A DNA stretch of 64,000 nt from Candidatus Latescibacterota bacterium (GTDB lineage: Bacteria; Latescibacterota; UBA2968; GCA-2709665): NCBI GenBank assembly GCA_965208835.1, contig OZ242358.1, positions 5,024,001 through 5,088,000 on the forward strand, written 5' to 3'. Within the stretch, counting starts at the first letter, position 1, and each line of letters starts with the position of its first letter. Below, in pieces: positions 9,715 through 19,772 of the stretch. The position numbers and the translations under genes were made by a program. The notes under the pieces were generated by a model that worked only from the letters and a program-made list of their open reading frames with translations, ran no database searches and was not told where the DNA came from.

Positions 9715-10836
9715 TCAAAAATTGTAGGTAAAGTGAATATCCAGCCGGTTGGCGATCCCGTCGTTCGGTCCCTTGTAGGAGGTTTTCCAGTAAAGATATT
9801 CGACGGCTACCTGTAACGGCTTCCACGGCCGATAACGGCCGACTGCAAAGAAGGCCCCATTCCTGGTGCGCCCTCCCGAGGGCACGGCATCCTCATCCGG
9901 CTGCTCCATCGTTGCCCCGGCGTAGAGCTTCCACTGGGCATTGGGCATGATCACAATCTGCGCCCACCCGCCGGTAGAGGCGATCTCCTCGCCCGTCGCT
10001 GTGTTGACCCCCTGTCCGATGCCGCCGCGGATGTCCGTGAGATTTTTCCCGGTCCAGGCTTCGCCCTGTACCATAAACTGGTCGGTAAGTGAGATCGAAG
10101 CGTCAACTCCCACCGCGGTCGAGGTGAAGCTTGTCTCGCCCCTGTCGCCCACGGGGACGGCTGTCTCCTCGGCGCCCCAATGCGCCCAGGCGCCTCCCTT
10201 GAACTTCGGCTGCGCGAATCCCAGCCGGGCCTGCAGGAAAGGCAATGCGGCATCCCAGCCATCCAGAATGCCATTCTTGTCCAGGTCTTTCTTATCCACG
10301 GCCCCGGTCTGTCCCGCCGCAATCGCCAGGGAAAACCCGCCCTCAGGCTTGTACGTGAGCCGCGCCTGGGGATGACGGTCTCCAAGATTGCCCGCGTGCC
10401 ACATCAGACCGTCATTGTTGGCGATCGGGAATATCGGCGAAATGACGTCCCAGCACTGACCGGCGAGAAAGTGCCAGTCTCCCCGCTGAAGATTGAAATA
10501 GGCCTGCCGGAGGCGCAGAATCTGGCGCGATTCGCTGCCCCCGTTCTGAAAGTCGATCTCGACGAGTCCGCTTATGCTTGAGTTTTCGTCCAACTTCACG
10601 GGTTTGAATCTCGCCCCAAGGCGGGTGAGACGCGGGTACATGGTCAAATTGCCATCGGTTTCGGCCCCAGGTTCTTCCGGCTTTACCCAGAAGCCGAATT
10701 GGTGGCTCTGCATCTTCGAATCGTCGAAAACGGCGTCGAAGCGGACAAAGCCGTAAATCGACAATTCTCCGGCAAAAGCCCATTGTCCCCCGCTGAGCAG
10801 ACAACCCAGAATCGCTGCGGCAATTGCCTTTTTCAA
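9715..10836 (-). CDS. Outer-membrane porin, DcaP-like
   Basis: Signal peptide; IYGFVRFD, TRLG, VEIDF, LRLRQAY, HPQARLTY; C-terminal YNF. Confidence 0.8.
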   Translation of the reverse strand: MKKAIAAAILGCLLSGGQWAFAGELSIYGFVRFDAVFDDSKMQSHQFGFWVKPEEPGAETDGNLTMYPRLTRLGARFKPVKLDENSSISGLVEIDFQNGGSESRQILRLRQAYFNLQRGDWHFLAGQCWDVISPIFPIANNDGLMWHAGNLGDRHPQARLTYKPEGGFSLAIAAGQTGAVDKKDLDKNGILDGWDAALPFLQARLGFAQPKFKGGAWAHWGAEETAVPVGDRGETSFTSTAVGVDASISLTDQFMVQGEAWTGKNLTDIRGGIGQGVNTATGEEIASTGGWAQIVIMPNAQWKLYAGATMEQPDEDAVPSGGRTRNGAFFAVGRYRPWKPLQVAVEYLYWKTSYKGPNDGIANRLDIHFTYNF

Positions 10837-10935
10837 GAGTCACTCCTTCGCAGGTGAGTATCCAGATCCAGCGGCGCGCAGGCAGTACAAATCCATGGCC
10901 TGCCTTTCTTGTCGAACGCCACGTGGACGGAAAAT

Positions 10936-11169
10936 CTAGGATTCGGCGGGTTCTTCCGCACCGTCGCCGTTTTGCGCGCGGATGCGTTCCACGAATGACC
11001 TGCCCTTGTTGACGGCTTTGTCCACGTTGCGTCGAACGGTCTGGCGGGTTTCGGTACCGCTCCGGGGCGCCAGCAGAACGCCGGCGATTATCCCCAGAGC
11101 CATCCCGATGATGGCGCCGAGACCGAAAACGCCCAGGCAAAACCCCATGTTATTCATCTCACGATCCAC
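10936..11169 (-). CDS. YtxH-domain protein
   Basis: Hydrophobic N-terminus then LLAPRSGTETR; AGGAGG RBS. Confidence 0.85.
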   Translation of the reverse strand: MDREMNNMGFCLGVFGLGAIIGMALGIIAGVLLAPRSGTETRQTVRRNVDKAVNKGRSFVERIRAQNGDGAEEPAES

Positions 11170-11362
11170 CGAAGCCTCCTGGTCAGTTGGTTGTCCTCAT
11201 TGAGATTCTCGCAGGAATCCCTAATTTATAATGCAAATTATCAGATTAGTCAATGTATTTGGTTGAATCTGCCCCGAAACGGCGCGCATAATCCCCAAGC
11301 ACATATAATCTCTGACGAACTTCCGCACCCGCCCTGCCGAAGGCGTCGCGACACATTCTCCT

Positions 11363-12463
11363 TCAATAATCCCACGGAATCCGATACGGGTGCGTGAATC
11401 CTTCGGGTTCCCGCAGTACGATTTCATAGGCGGTGAGGATTTGCGTCCGTACACCCGGATAGGCGCCCCGGTCCGGCGGGCCCACCCCCATCACCAGCGC
11501 CTCCGGCATCTCGAACGCCGCCCGGAAACCCAGCGTCTTCAACACCTCCGTCTTCGTCGTTTTGCCCGGCGTGTCCAACGTGCGCAGACGGCAGAACCCC
11601 ATGTCCGCGGCCGACTTCAGGATACCGTCGAACAACGCGCGGCACCGGTCCAGGCGCCAGGAACCCCGGTACAGATACATATCCATCAGCCCGATATGGG
11701 CCTCGTGCCGGTTGTCCCATCGCGTAGTCCGCCACGGCGCCAGCGTTGAGAACCCGATCAACTTCGATCCGGAAAACAATCCGAGCATCCGTACGTGCCG
11801 CGCCTCGGAACGCCCCTCCGACAGCTTCGGAATCTCCACCAGAATCTGGCCCTCGTGCAGCTGATCGTCCGCAAACAGCGTCAGCAGATAACTCTTCACC
11901 GGAACGTCAGGGTCCACCGCGGAGTTCAGCAGGACCTGAATCTCGTTCAGATGGCTGAAATCGAGGGGCCGCACCTCCAGCGGGTCGGAATCTTCAATAC
12001 GGAAGTACGCATCCAGGTATTCCTGTATACTCGCGCCGCCGTAGTCCAAACCCAGCCATTCCGGATGGTCTTTCACCACGTCCCGAAACCCGCACTTTTC
12101 ATATACCCGGTGTGCGATGCTCGGGCCGGTGTCGATGAACATCGCCTCGGCGCCCGTCTCTCTCACCGCGTCGATGCACAGCTTCAGCAGCCTCCCGCCC
12201 AGCCCCTTCCGCTTGTGTTCGTCGGCAAACATCCCATAGTGTCCCAGCCGCCCCCAGGGACTGTGCCGGGACGTTAGCGTCCACCCCTCTCCCACGATCT
12301 CGCCGTTGAGATCCGCCACAAACCGCCGGATATTTTCAAAATACCCGTACGGATTGATTCCGCACAGTGTGAACGGCACCTCGGTATCACTCTGGATTTC
12401 TCTGAACCCCTGTTCGCGGATCGCATAGTCATCCACCTGTTCGATGATTCCGGGTTTAGACAT
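11363..12463 (-). CDS. GNAT-family N-acetyltransferase, probably two GNAT domains
   Basis: HKRKGLGGRLL motif A and AHRVYEKCGF; second degenerate repeat ending KTLGF. Confidence 0.75.
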   Translation of the reverse strand: MSKPGIIEQVDDYAIREQGFREIQSDTEVPFTLCGINPYGYFENIRRFVADLNGEIVGEGWTLTSRHSPWGRLGHYGMFADEHKRKGLGGRLLKLCIDAVRETGAEAMFIDTGPSIAHRVYEKCGFRDVVKDHPEWLGLDYGGASIQEYLDAYFRIEDSDPLEVRPLDFSHLNEIQVLLNSAVDPDVPVKSYLLTLFADDQLHEGQILVEIPKLSEGRSEARHVRMLGLFSGSKLIGFSTLAPWRTTRWDNRHEAHIGLMDMYLYRGSWRLDRCRALFDGILKSAADMGFCRLRTLDTPGKTTKTEVLKTLGFRAAFEMPEALVMGVGPPDRGAYPGVRTQILTAYEIVLREPEGFTHPYRIPWDY

Positions 12464-12532
12464 GGGTCCATCCGTCCACGCGAAATCTCCGTTCCCCGAC
12501 GATTGGAACCGGGAACTGCGTTCGGGCGCCGC

Positions 12533-13813
12533 TCATGTTCCTTTGCGATCGTAAAACCACGCGAGCGGATAGACTCGCAGTACCAGTTCGCCGGGCTTTC
12601 TGGCCGTGAGCTTCCGTTCACCGAGCGTCACGGCTTCGCCGGTGTCCTCATCCGCCTCCACCCAGCTTCGATGATATATCAGCAGCACGCGGTCGCCGTG
12701 AAACCAGACGTTCGCGTAATCGAACGTCGCGAAGTCGTTCGGCAGCGTCCCCAGTTCCGGAAGTGCGATCACGGGGCTGACGGGATACTGAGGGGGGACC
12801 CGTTCCACGTCCTCCATCCCACCGCTGAGTTCGATGGTCCTGAAGTGAGACCAACTGGCGCCGCCGTCGCTCGAAATCGCCGAGGACAGTCTCCCCCGAC
12901 GGTACCCCCTCAGGATTTCCTCCCGCGACGTCTGGTTCCAGACGCACATCAAGTCGCCCGTACCCGGAATCCGTCTAAGCCTGGGCGGCGAATAAGAAGC
13001 GGCCAGGTCGCTCGGAACCACGGGCGTCCAGGTCTCGCCGCCGTCCTCGCTGTAACACTGCACCAGCCGTCCCACCGTGGACCTCGCCATCATCATCAGC
13101 CGTCCGTCGGGACACACCGCTACGCCGGGTTCATCCACGGCGGTGATGCCGCCGCGGCCGTTCGGTATGCCCTCGTCATCGAACCAGCCCATCAACTGGC
13201 CCCCGCACATCTGCCACGTGCGGCCGTCGTCGTCCGAATAGCTCACCGCGGCAATATCCACCTCCGGGTAATGATAGTGCCCGCTCACCTGAAGGCGCAG
13301 CCCCTTCCAGGACCCGTAGCTGCTCACCCGCGCGTACTCCAATCCAGAATGGTGGTTGTTGCTGTGGCAGATCCGGCTCGGCATCACCAGCCTGCCGCCG
13401 GGCATCTGAATCATCGTATCGTAATACGGCCCCCCGAGCAGATTCATCGGCCACCCTCCGGACCAGGACCCGCCCTCGTCTTCAGATACCGACAGGTAGA
13501 ACGGATTCCAGTTGAACATCTCGGATCCGCGATGCCGGTTTCCCTTTCCGAGATGCGCGAGGGCAAGCCCGCCCGACTGCAGCCGGACGCACGACAGGCA
13601 GGAGGTTTCTCCCAGGGATTCCCAGTCGGGCGCTTCCGCTTCTTCCCAGGTCAATCCGGCGTCTCCGGACCGGTAACATCTGCGGCCCGCTATCATCAGC
13701 AGTCCGCCCCGCGCCTCCACAACAGCCGTCGCGCTTCCGGCGCCAACCCCGATATGCTCGATAACGCCCTCAGGGGCCGGCTTTCGAAAATTCGGCTTTC
13801 CCGAATCGGCCAT
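12533..13813 (-). CDS. BNR/Asp-box sialidase-like beta-propeller
   Basis: Repeated Asp boxes: SGDAGLTW, SEDEGGSW, SDDDGRTW, SEDGGETW, SSDGGASW. Confidence 0.85.
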   Translation of the reverse strand: MADSGKPNFRKPAPEGVIEHIGVGAGSATAVVEARGGLLMIAGRRCYRSGDAGLTWEEAEAPDWESLGETSCLSCVRLQSGGLALAHLGKGNRHRGSEMFNWNPFYLSVSEDEGGSWSGGWPMNLLGGPYYDTMIQMPGGRLVMPSRICHSNNHHSGLEYARVSSYGSWKGLRLQVSGHYHYPEVDIAAVSYSDDDGRTWQMCGGQLMGWFDDEGIPNGRGGITAVDEPGVAVCPDGRLMMMARSTVGRLVQCYSEDGGETWTPVVPSDLAASYSPPRLRRIPGTGDLMCVWNQTSREEILRGYRRGRLSSAISSDGGASWSHFRTIELSGGMEDVERVPPQYPVSPVIALPELGTLPNDFATFDYANVWFHGDRVLLIYHRSWVEADEDTGEAVTLGERKLTARKPGELVLRVYPLAWFYDRKGT

Positions 13814-13907
13814 GCTTATTTCCTCCAGGTCTCGTTACGCACACATTCGAAGAATCGAGGGCGGGATCCCGGCCATGAAGGGTATTCAGGGTCGAACGCC
13901 CCATCAG

Positions 13908-15290
13908 CTACCGGAAGCGAATGGCGTAGAGATCGGCCTCCTTCATCGCCGCGCGAAGACGCACCGGCCTTCCGGCAAGCCCGGACACGTCTGAGCCGCT
14001 TTCCCAGCTGACCGTCCGCGCAATCTCGTCTCCAAAGATCTCGGCGCTTTCGGAGAGCGTGCGGCCCTCGATGGGGTTGCACCGTTCGTCCTGCAACTCG
14101 AACCGGATTTCGCCGGCCACCGACGTCGAGTAGTTGATGACCAGCTCGGTGCCAGCGAAGGTGAAGGGCCTGGTTATCATCTCGCCACCGCCGAAGGGCG
14201 CGTTGACGGAGACGAAACCGTCGGTCCGAAGAACGCCCCGACGGAGACGGCACGTCGGGTTCCGGTAGTTCTCCACGTAGTAGATCGAAATTTCATCGGC
14301 GCCGGTGGGCACAACGCCCACGCCGGCGGCCATATTCCGCTCATTCCAGTTCCTTGCGTCAAGGCCCGGGCGGATGAACGGCCCCATGAACCGGCGGTCC
14401 CACCGGATGCCGTCACGGCTGGACATGAAGACCCCCTCTGACAGGCCGTCGAACCCCCAGTCCTTGTGGAACTTCCGGCCAACCCGGAGCCGCTTGGGGA
14501 ACATCAGGTAGACGTGGGGAGCGCGGAAGTAGAGGGTCGCAGCGTTGGTGTACAGGTGCTCCTTCTGCGTTCCGCCCATGTCGATCAGCTCCGGCACGGA
14601 CCAGTCCAGGAAGTCGTCCGACTCGGCCCTCCGAATCGACCGGTAGACGCCGCCCCGAGCGGGGCCTCCGCCGCGGTCGCAATCGGGCGTGAAACCCCTC
14701 AAATAGCTGACGTACTTGCGAATGTTGACGTCCCAGAAGGCTACGTTGGGTGAGTCGAAGACGGGGCGGTCGTTGGGTGGCGCATGCAGGATCGGTCCGT
14801 CCCGGATCAGGTCCCAAACGATGCCGTCGGTCGAACCATAGCCGTAAATCGTGGAGCGCCCGTCCAGCTTTTCACCCCTCAGGAAGCCCTTGTACCGCTG
14901 CGAGGCCGACGCGGCAGGATTGGGATCCTTGAAGACGCAGGCGTTCCAGTGTGTGGCCCCCATGACGATGTTGTTCTCCTTCGAGCCCTCGAACTCGTGG
15001 AGCCCGAGGGTTGGACGCTCGAAGTGGATGCCGTCGGGGCTCTCGGCGTAACAGGTCGTCCTGTTCGTTCCGTCAGCGCCGGTGCCGCGGTACCACAGGC
15101 GGTAGCGCCCGTCGTCGAGGATAACGTTGGCGACCCAGGACGTCTCCCCTTCCCAGGGTTGGACGAAGTCGAGGGCAACCTCAGCCGGCGCCGGAGGATG
15201 GAGTTTGAGGCTCGTGTCCGTCATCGTGTCGATCAGCCAGTCGTCGATGAACAGCTCAAGCCTGGAGCCTATGTCTCTGGTACCAGCGAT
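13908..15290 (-). CDS. Beta-propeller glycoside-hydrolase-like protein; true start may be ATC at 15290
   Basis: YRLWYRG, CYAESPDGIHFERP, STDGIVW, SRDGIRW, LRTDGFVS. The frame stays open upstream of ATG 15224 through DIGSRLELFIDDWLID to an ATC 7 nt after AGGAGG. Confidence 0.7.
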   Translation of the reverse strand: MAGTRDIGSRLELFIDDWLIDTMTDTSLKLHPPAPAEVALDFVQPWEGETSWVANVILDDGRYRLWYRGTGADGTNRTTCYAESPDGIHFERPTLGLHEFEGSKENNIVMGATHWNACVFKDPNPAASASQRYKGFLRGEKLDGRSTIYGYGSTDGIVWDLIRDGPILHAPPNDRPVFDSPNVAFWDVNIRKYVSYLRGFTPDCDRGGGPARGGVYRSIRRAESDDFLDWSVPELIDMGGTQKEHLYTNAATLYFRAPHVYLMFPKRLRVGRKFHKDWGFDGLSEGVFMSSRDGIRWDRRFMGPFIRPGLDARNWNERNMAAGVGVVPTGADEISIYYVENYRNPTCRLRRGVLRTDGFVSVNAPFGGGEMITRPFTFAGTELVINYSTSVAGEIRFELQDERCNPIEGRTLSESAEIFGDEIARTVSWESGSDVSGLAGRPVRLRAAMKEADLYAIRFR

Positions 15291-15320
15291 GGTTCATCCT
15301 CCTGTCCCGACGCCTCGGGG

Positions 15321-16544
15321 TTAATTCCAATCGACAGGCGATTCCAGCACACCCAGCACGGCCCTTCTGACGCGGTCCAGGCCCTGAATCACGGTCCACC
15401 GTCGAACCAGGTCGGAGTCTTCGAAGCGCCGCCCCTGCTCGTTCGTCCTCATTTCTCCCGGCCCTCGAACCGCTATCACCGTCGAATTTCCATTAAACGG
15501 GCCGATCATCGCCAGCCCGACGCCGCCGTCGGCCGCGGCCCGCTCCGCCAGCAGTCCGGCCAGCATCCGATCGTCGGATCCTTTCGGCAAGTCCCTGCGC
15601 GCGGCCGTCTGCGCCCGCTCGGCATCGCTCTCATGCAAATCTGAAATGACGACACGCTCGAATCCCGCTTCGTTCAACTCCCGCGTCAGTTGTCCCCCGG
15701 TCAAGGTATCCACCACGCCCAGCTTCATATCCCGCTCTGACAGCAGCCGGCCCACGACTTCGGCTACCGTCTCTTTGTCGACGCCGTAGACCGCCACGCC
15801 CAGCCGTTTTCGGAGTTCGGCCTCCATACCGGCAATGAGCGCGTCGGCATCCGCCTCCGAATCGGCCCTGGCTGTCACGCGAACATCCGTCTGTCCCGCG
15901 TGCGCGGCCAGGCCAACCGTCGGATTCGACGACGCCATCAGGTCCCCGATACCCCGGTCGATATTGCTCTCGCCGACCGCGCACGTCCGGAGTACCCGCA
16001 CCCGGATTACCTTTATCCCTCCCATCCTTTCCACGAGCAGCGGCACGAGGGTATGCTCCAGCAGGTGCGCCAGTTCCCTGGGGACGCCGGGAAGGCAGAC
16101 AATGAACCCGCGTTCTTCCGTATCTTCGCTCAGAAAACACGGCGCGGTCCCGACGGGGTTCTCAAGCGGCAGCGCGCCCTCCGGCAGGTACGCCTGCCGT
16201 TTGTTGTTCGCGGCCATCCTCCGGCCGAAACCGCGAAAACGGGCCGCGATCTGGCGTTCCAGTTCCTCGCTGTAGATCAGCTTCCGGCCCGTCGCGCGCG
16301 CAATCGCCTGCCTGGTCACATCGTCCACGGTCGGTCCGATGCCTCCCGACGTGATCACCACGTCCGACCGATCCAGCGCGAGATTGAGTACCTGCGTTAT
16401 GCGGTCCTCGTTGTCGCCCACGGTGGTCTTGTAATAGAGGTCCAGGCCAATATTCCGGCACGCCACGGCCAGCAGGTTCGCGTTCGTGTCCACGATTTCA
16501 CCCAGCAGAAGCTCGGTCCCGATCATCACAATTTCCGCGCGCAC
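15321..16544 (-). CDS. cinA: CinA-family protein (MocF domain + degenerate PncC domain)
   Basis: IGTELLLGEIVDTN, TVGDN, SGGIGPTVDDVT, NPVGTAP, LPGVPRE. Confidence 0.88.
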   Translation of the reverse strand: MRAEIVMIGTELLLGEIVDTNANLLAVACRNIGLDLYYKTTVGDNEDRITQVLNLALDRSDVVITSGGIGPTVDDVTRQAIARATGRKLIYSEELERQIAARFRGFGRRMAANNKRQAYLPEGALPLENPVGTAPCFLSEDTEERGFIVCLPGVPRELAHLLEHTLVPLLVERMGGIKVIRVRVLRTCAVGESNIDRGIGDLMASSNPTVGLAAHAGQTDVRVTARADSEADADALIAGMEAELRKRLGVAVYGVDKETVAEVVGRLLSERDMKLGVVDTLTGGQLTRELNEAGFERVVISDLHESDAERAQTAARRDLPKGSDDRMLAGLLAERAAADGGVGLAMIGPFNGNSTVIAVRGPGEMRTNEQGRRFEDSDLVRRWTVIQGLDRVRRAVLGVLESPVDWN

Positions 16545-16565
16545 AATCCCCTCTCAAGTGTCCTG

Positions 16566-18155
16566 TCAACGAAATGCCGGCGCGGCGGCGGGCTCTATCG
16601 CCACGTTCACGCACGAGGGAAGGCCGGACGCCACCGCGTCGTGCAGCGCGGCCGGGAGATCCTCCGCGCGGTCTACAAGGGCACCGTATCCGCCCAGCGC
16701 CTCTGCCACCCGATCGTACCTCGTATCCAGCAGATCGCACCCGATGGTTCGATCGGACCCGTAGGTTTCGACCTGGAGAACGTGCTCTGCATTCCACCTT
16801 GCGTCGTTTCCGACGATTGCGACCACCGGCAACCCATAGCGCAGCGCCGTATCCAGTTCCATCGCGTGGTAACCGAACGTCCCGTCCCCCAGGAAGACGA
16901 ATACGGTCCTGTCCGGAAAGGCCAGCTTTGCCGCCAGACCCATCGGCAACGCGCTCCCGATTGCGCCGGACGGTCCGTTGATCAACCTGATCTCCGCCGC
17001 CAGTCCCGCCTGCGCCCACTGCCCGAACTCCCCGCCGTCGCTCACGAGGATCGCACCGTCATCCAGGAACGGCTGTACCGCCTCGCACACGCCCAAAGGA
17101 TGTACGGGGCTGGCGTCCAGGCGCAGCAGGCCGTCCCATTCCGCCGGTGCGGCGACACGCAAACTGTCCGCGTCTGACCGCCACGACCCGGAATTCCAGG
17201 ACCGGGCGCGCGCCATTTCCGCAAGCCGTCGCGTCGTTTCCCACGGATCCGCGCAATGACGCAACGTCACACCGTCGTGGTCCCTCAATTCGCTTTGATC
17301 CGCGTCGATCTGAATAAACCTTTGCTGTACGGAAAAAAACGGGCGCTGCCCGAAGCGCAGCGAAAAATCGAGCTTCTTGCCAAGCAGAAGCAAAACGTCG
17401 GCGCTCGCCAGGCACGCGGCCGCCCGGCGCAGCGCCGGATCGTTCACGCCGCGCGGGCTTTCCATCGGCAGCGCCGGAATTCCCGTTGCCTCCGCCAGCG
17501 CTTCCACGGCCAGCCAGCGCTGCCCCCGCCCCATCGCGGGTCCGGCCAGAATCAGCGGCCGATCCGCCCTGCTCAGCAGAGCCAGCACGCCTTCCAGATC
17601 CCCGTTCACCGCATCATCCGCGCCTTTCGAAGGCGCATTGCGCGAGCGGCCTGCAGATGCCTCCAGGACATCCGACGGTAGACTCAGGTGCACCGGGCCG
17701 GGTCGGCCGGATACCGCCATTTCCAACGCCCTGTAAAGGTCGCTTTCAAGATCATCGCTCCCCTCAACCCGCCAGGACGCCTTACTGACGGGCCGCGCGG
17801 CGGCCGCCTGGTCAATCTCCTGGAACGCGCCCTTTCCGATCTGCGCCTCGGGACAGTGACCGCTCAACATCAACAGCGGCGACTCCGCCATCAGCGCCAC
17901 GTAGAGCGCCGTCAGCCCGTTGCAGTGGCCGGGCCCCGCGGTCAGCAATGCGACGCCGGGCTCCTCCGTCAACCTGCCCCAGCCGTCCGCCATGTGGACG
18001 GCCGCGGCTTCGTGGCGGGTGTGGATCAGTTCGATGTCCTGTCCGATGGTCGCATCGTAGACCGAAAGGATCTGGTTGCCAGAAAGCGAAAACAGGTGCT
18101 TTACCCCGGCGGCCATCAGCCCTTCAACCAGCACCTCCGCACCCGTCATTGGCAT
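16566..18155 (-). CDS. Thiamine-pyrophosphate-dependent enzyme (acetolactate synthase-like family)
   Basis: RHEAAAVHMADG, TAGPG, GRPGPVHL and TPP motif GDGTFG...VGND; ATG 18155 after a purine-rich RBS. Confidence 0.9.
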   Translation of the reverse strand: MPMTGAEVLVEGLMAAGVKHLFSLSGNQILSVYDATIGQDIELIHTRHEAAAVHMADGWGRLTEEPGVALLTAGPGHCNGLTALYVALMAESPLLMLSGHCPEAQIGKGAFQEIDQAAAARPVSKASWRVEGSDDLESDLYRALEMAVSGRPGPVHLSLPSDVLEASAGRSRNAPSKGADDAVNGDLEGVLALLSRADRPLILAGPAMGRGQRWLAVEALAEATGIPALPMESPRGVNDPALRRAAACLASADVLLLLGKKLDFSLRFGQRPFFSVQQRFIQIDADQSELRDHDGVTLRHCADPWETTRRLAEMARARSWNSGSWRSDADSLRVAAPAEWDGLLRLDASPVHPLGVCEAVQPFLDDGAILVSDGGEFGQWAQAGLAAEIRLINGPSGAIGSALPMGLAAKLAFPDRTVFVFLGDGTFGYHAMELDTALRYGLPVVAIVGNDARWNAEHVLQVETYGSDRTIGCDLLDTRYDRVAEALGGYGALVDRAEDLPAALHDAVASGLPSCVNVAIEPAAAPAFR

Positions 18156-18239
18156 GAATTGCTTCCTTCCCGTGTCTTCGGCATCAGCGCCGGGGGCCAT
18201 CGAACTACATTTCTCGACCCGGAAACCGAATGTCGAACC

Positions 18240-18398
18240 TACTGTCCTGTCCCGAAAATTCCTCACCATTCGACCGCCGATTCATCCTGTCTCGCTACGT
18301 TCCCCTCGCTTGCCGACCTTACGCAGGTCGGTGGCGCCTTGCGAGCCAGGGGACTCGACGGTCGAATTTTGGCAACTTATTTCCGGGACAGAACACTA
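18240..18398. mobile_element. MITE-like element with IS630-type ends, copy 1
   Basis: Imperfect inverted ends TACTGTCCTGTCCCGAAAAT ... ATTTCCGGGACAGAACACTA, TA at both ends; closely similar copy at 41880-42046. Confidence 0.75.
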
Positions 18399-19585
18399 CC
18401 CCTTACCAGCGCGTTCATTTCTCTCGCCCTGTGGAATGTTTCCGCGACTTCCTCTTTAAGGTCTTCCGGCCTGTACAGAACTCCCTTTCGAACGGTCAAC
18501 ACGGGCGCTATCATCCGGGAGCCAACTTCCAGGTTGTCGCCCACGTCCCGGAACTCGAACGCGCCCCCCCGCACCTCGAACGCTGCCAGGTCCGCTACGG
18601 TCCCGACCTTCAACGTACCCAGTTCATCGTCCCTTCCGATCGCCGCTGCCGGCGCGGCTGTTGTCTGGTAGACGACCTCCGGCAACTCCATTCCCAGATT
18701 CAGCATCTTGGAGGCCGTTTCGGGCAGACTGTAAACCGGATCGTTCAGACAGTGTACGTGCAGGTCGGTGCTGATCACGTCCGAAGGAAAACCCTGAGCC
18801 AGCGCCTTCTTGGCCACTTCGAACAGGAAACTGCCGCCGCCGTGGCCCAGGTCGAACAGGACGCCCCGTTCCCGTGCCGCCCACACTTCCGGAATAACCC
18901 GTTCCCCGTTGCCCAGGATCGTATCGCCGCCGCCGTGATAGCAGTGGGTGACGATATCCCCGGGGCGAACCACGCCCAGCACGTCCGGCAGAGGAACGCC
19001 GGCTCCGGCGTGTACCATCACTTTCGAGTTCGAAAGCTCGGCGGCCTTTACCGCGAGTTTCAGAGGCGCCACCCCGTTGTCCCCCACCTGGTGTTTACCC
19101 TGGCGCACCTTCACGCCCACGCAGTGTTCCGGCCATCTTCCGATGATGTACGCCGTGCGCTCCGGGTCCGCGTACCTCAAGTCCTGCATCTCGCCCACGG
19201 GCCCGTAGGTCAACCCGATCCCGCTGATATGCACGAATGTCAGGACCTGCGTGCGCGCCGGCGCCGCGACGTAATCCCTGAAGCCCATGAAATTCGCCCA
19301 TCCCGGGCTGCCCGCGTCCACGACCGTTGTCACCCCGGTTGCCAGGCAGAGCGCATCCCCCCGGATGCCCCAGGTGGTCGCTCCCGCGTAGAGGTGGGTA
19401 TGGATATCGATCCAGCCCGGCGTCAGAATCCTTCCTCCCAGGTCCACCGTTTCTCTCGCGGGCTCCGCGATCTCCTTCTCCACGGCGGCGATTTTTTCAC
19501 CATTCACCGCCACGTCGTACTCCCCGTTCAACCCCTGGGCGCCGTCAATCACGGAGGCGCCTTTCAATACCAGGTCATAAGTCAT
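18377..19585 (-). CDS. Amidohydrolase, dihydroorotase-like deacetylase family
   Basis: PGWIDIHTH, GVTTVVDAGS, GVKVR, MVH, THCYH, DLGHGGGSF, STDLH, GTLKVGTVADL. Confidence 0.9.
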   Translation of the reverse strand: MTYDLVLKGASVIDGAQGLNGEYDVAVNGEKIAAVEKEIAEPARETVDLGGRILTPGWIDIHTHLYAGATTWGIRGDALCLATGVTTVVDAGSPGWANFMGFRDYVAAPARTQVLTFVHISGIGLTYGPVGEMQDLRYADPERTAYIIGRWPEHCVGVKVRQGKHQVGDNGVAPLKLAVKAAELSNSKVMVHAGAGVPLPDVLGVVRPGDIVTHCYHGGGDTILGNGERVIPEVWAARERGVLFDLGHGGGSFLFEVAKKALAQGFPSDVISTDLHVHCLNDPVYSLPETASKMLNLGMELPEVVYQTTAAPAAAIGRDDELGTLKVGTVADLAAFEVRGGAFEFRDVGDNLEVGSRMIAPVLTVRKGVLYRPEDLKEEVAETFHRAREMNALVRGSVLSRK

Positions 19586-19612
19586 ACTCCGGATTCTCCG
19601 CTTCCCGGCTAA

Positions 19613-19772
19613 CAGTCCGTTGATAAAGTCGCTCTGCAGGCGAGGCCGAGCCATTGTGGCCGAAGACAAGGCGCGCGACCGAGTCCCATCCTGCGATTCG
19701 GCGAGGGAGCGCAACGCAGTAATTCGACCGCAAGGGCCGGCCGTAGACCGGATGGGCTTTTTCAGCGGGCTG
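19613..19772. mobile_element. Short MITE-like insert with inverted ends
   Basis: CAGTCCGTTGATAAAG ... CTTTTTCAGCGGGCTG imperfect 16-bp inverted ends; abuts the NUDIX stop codon. Confidence 0.5.
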
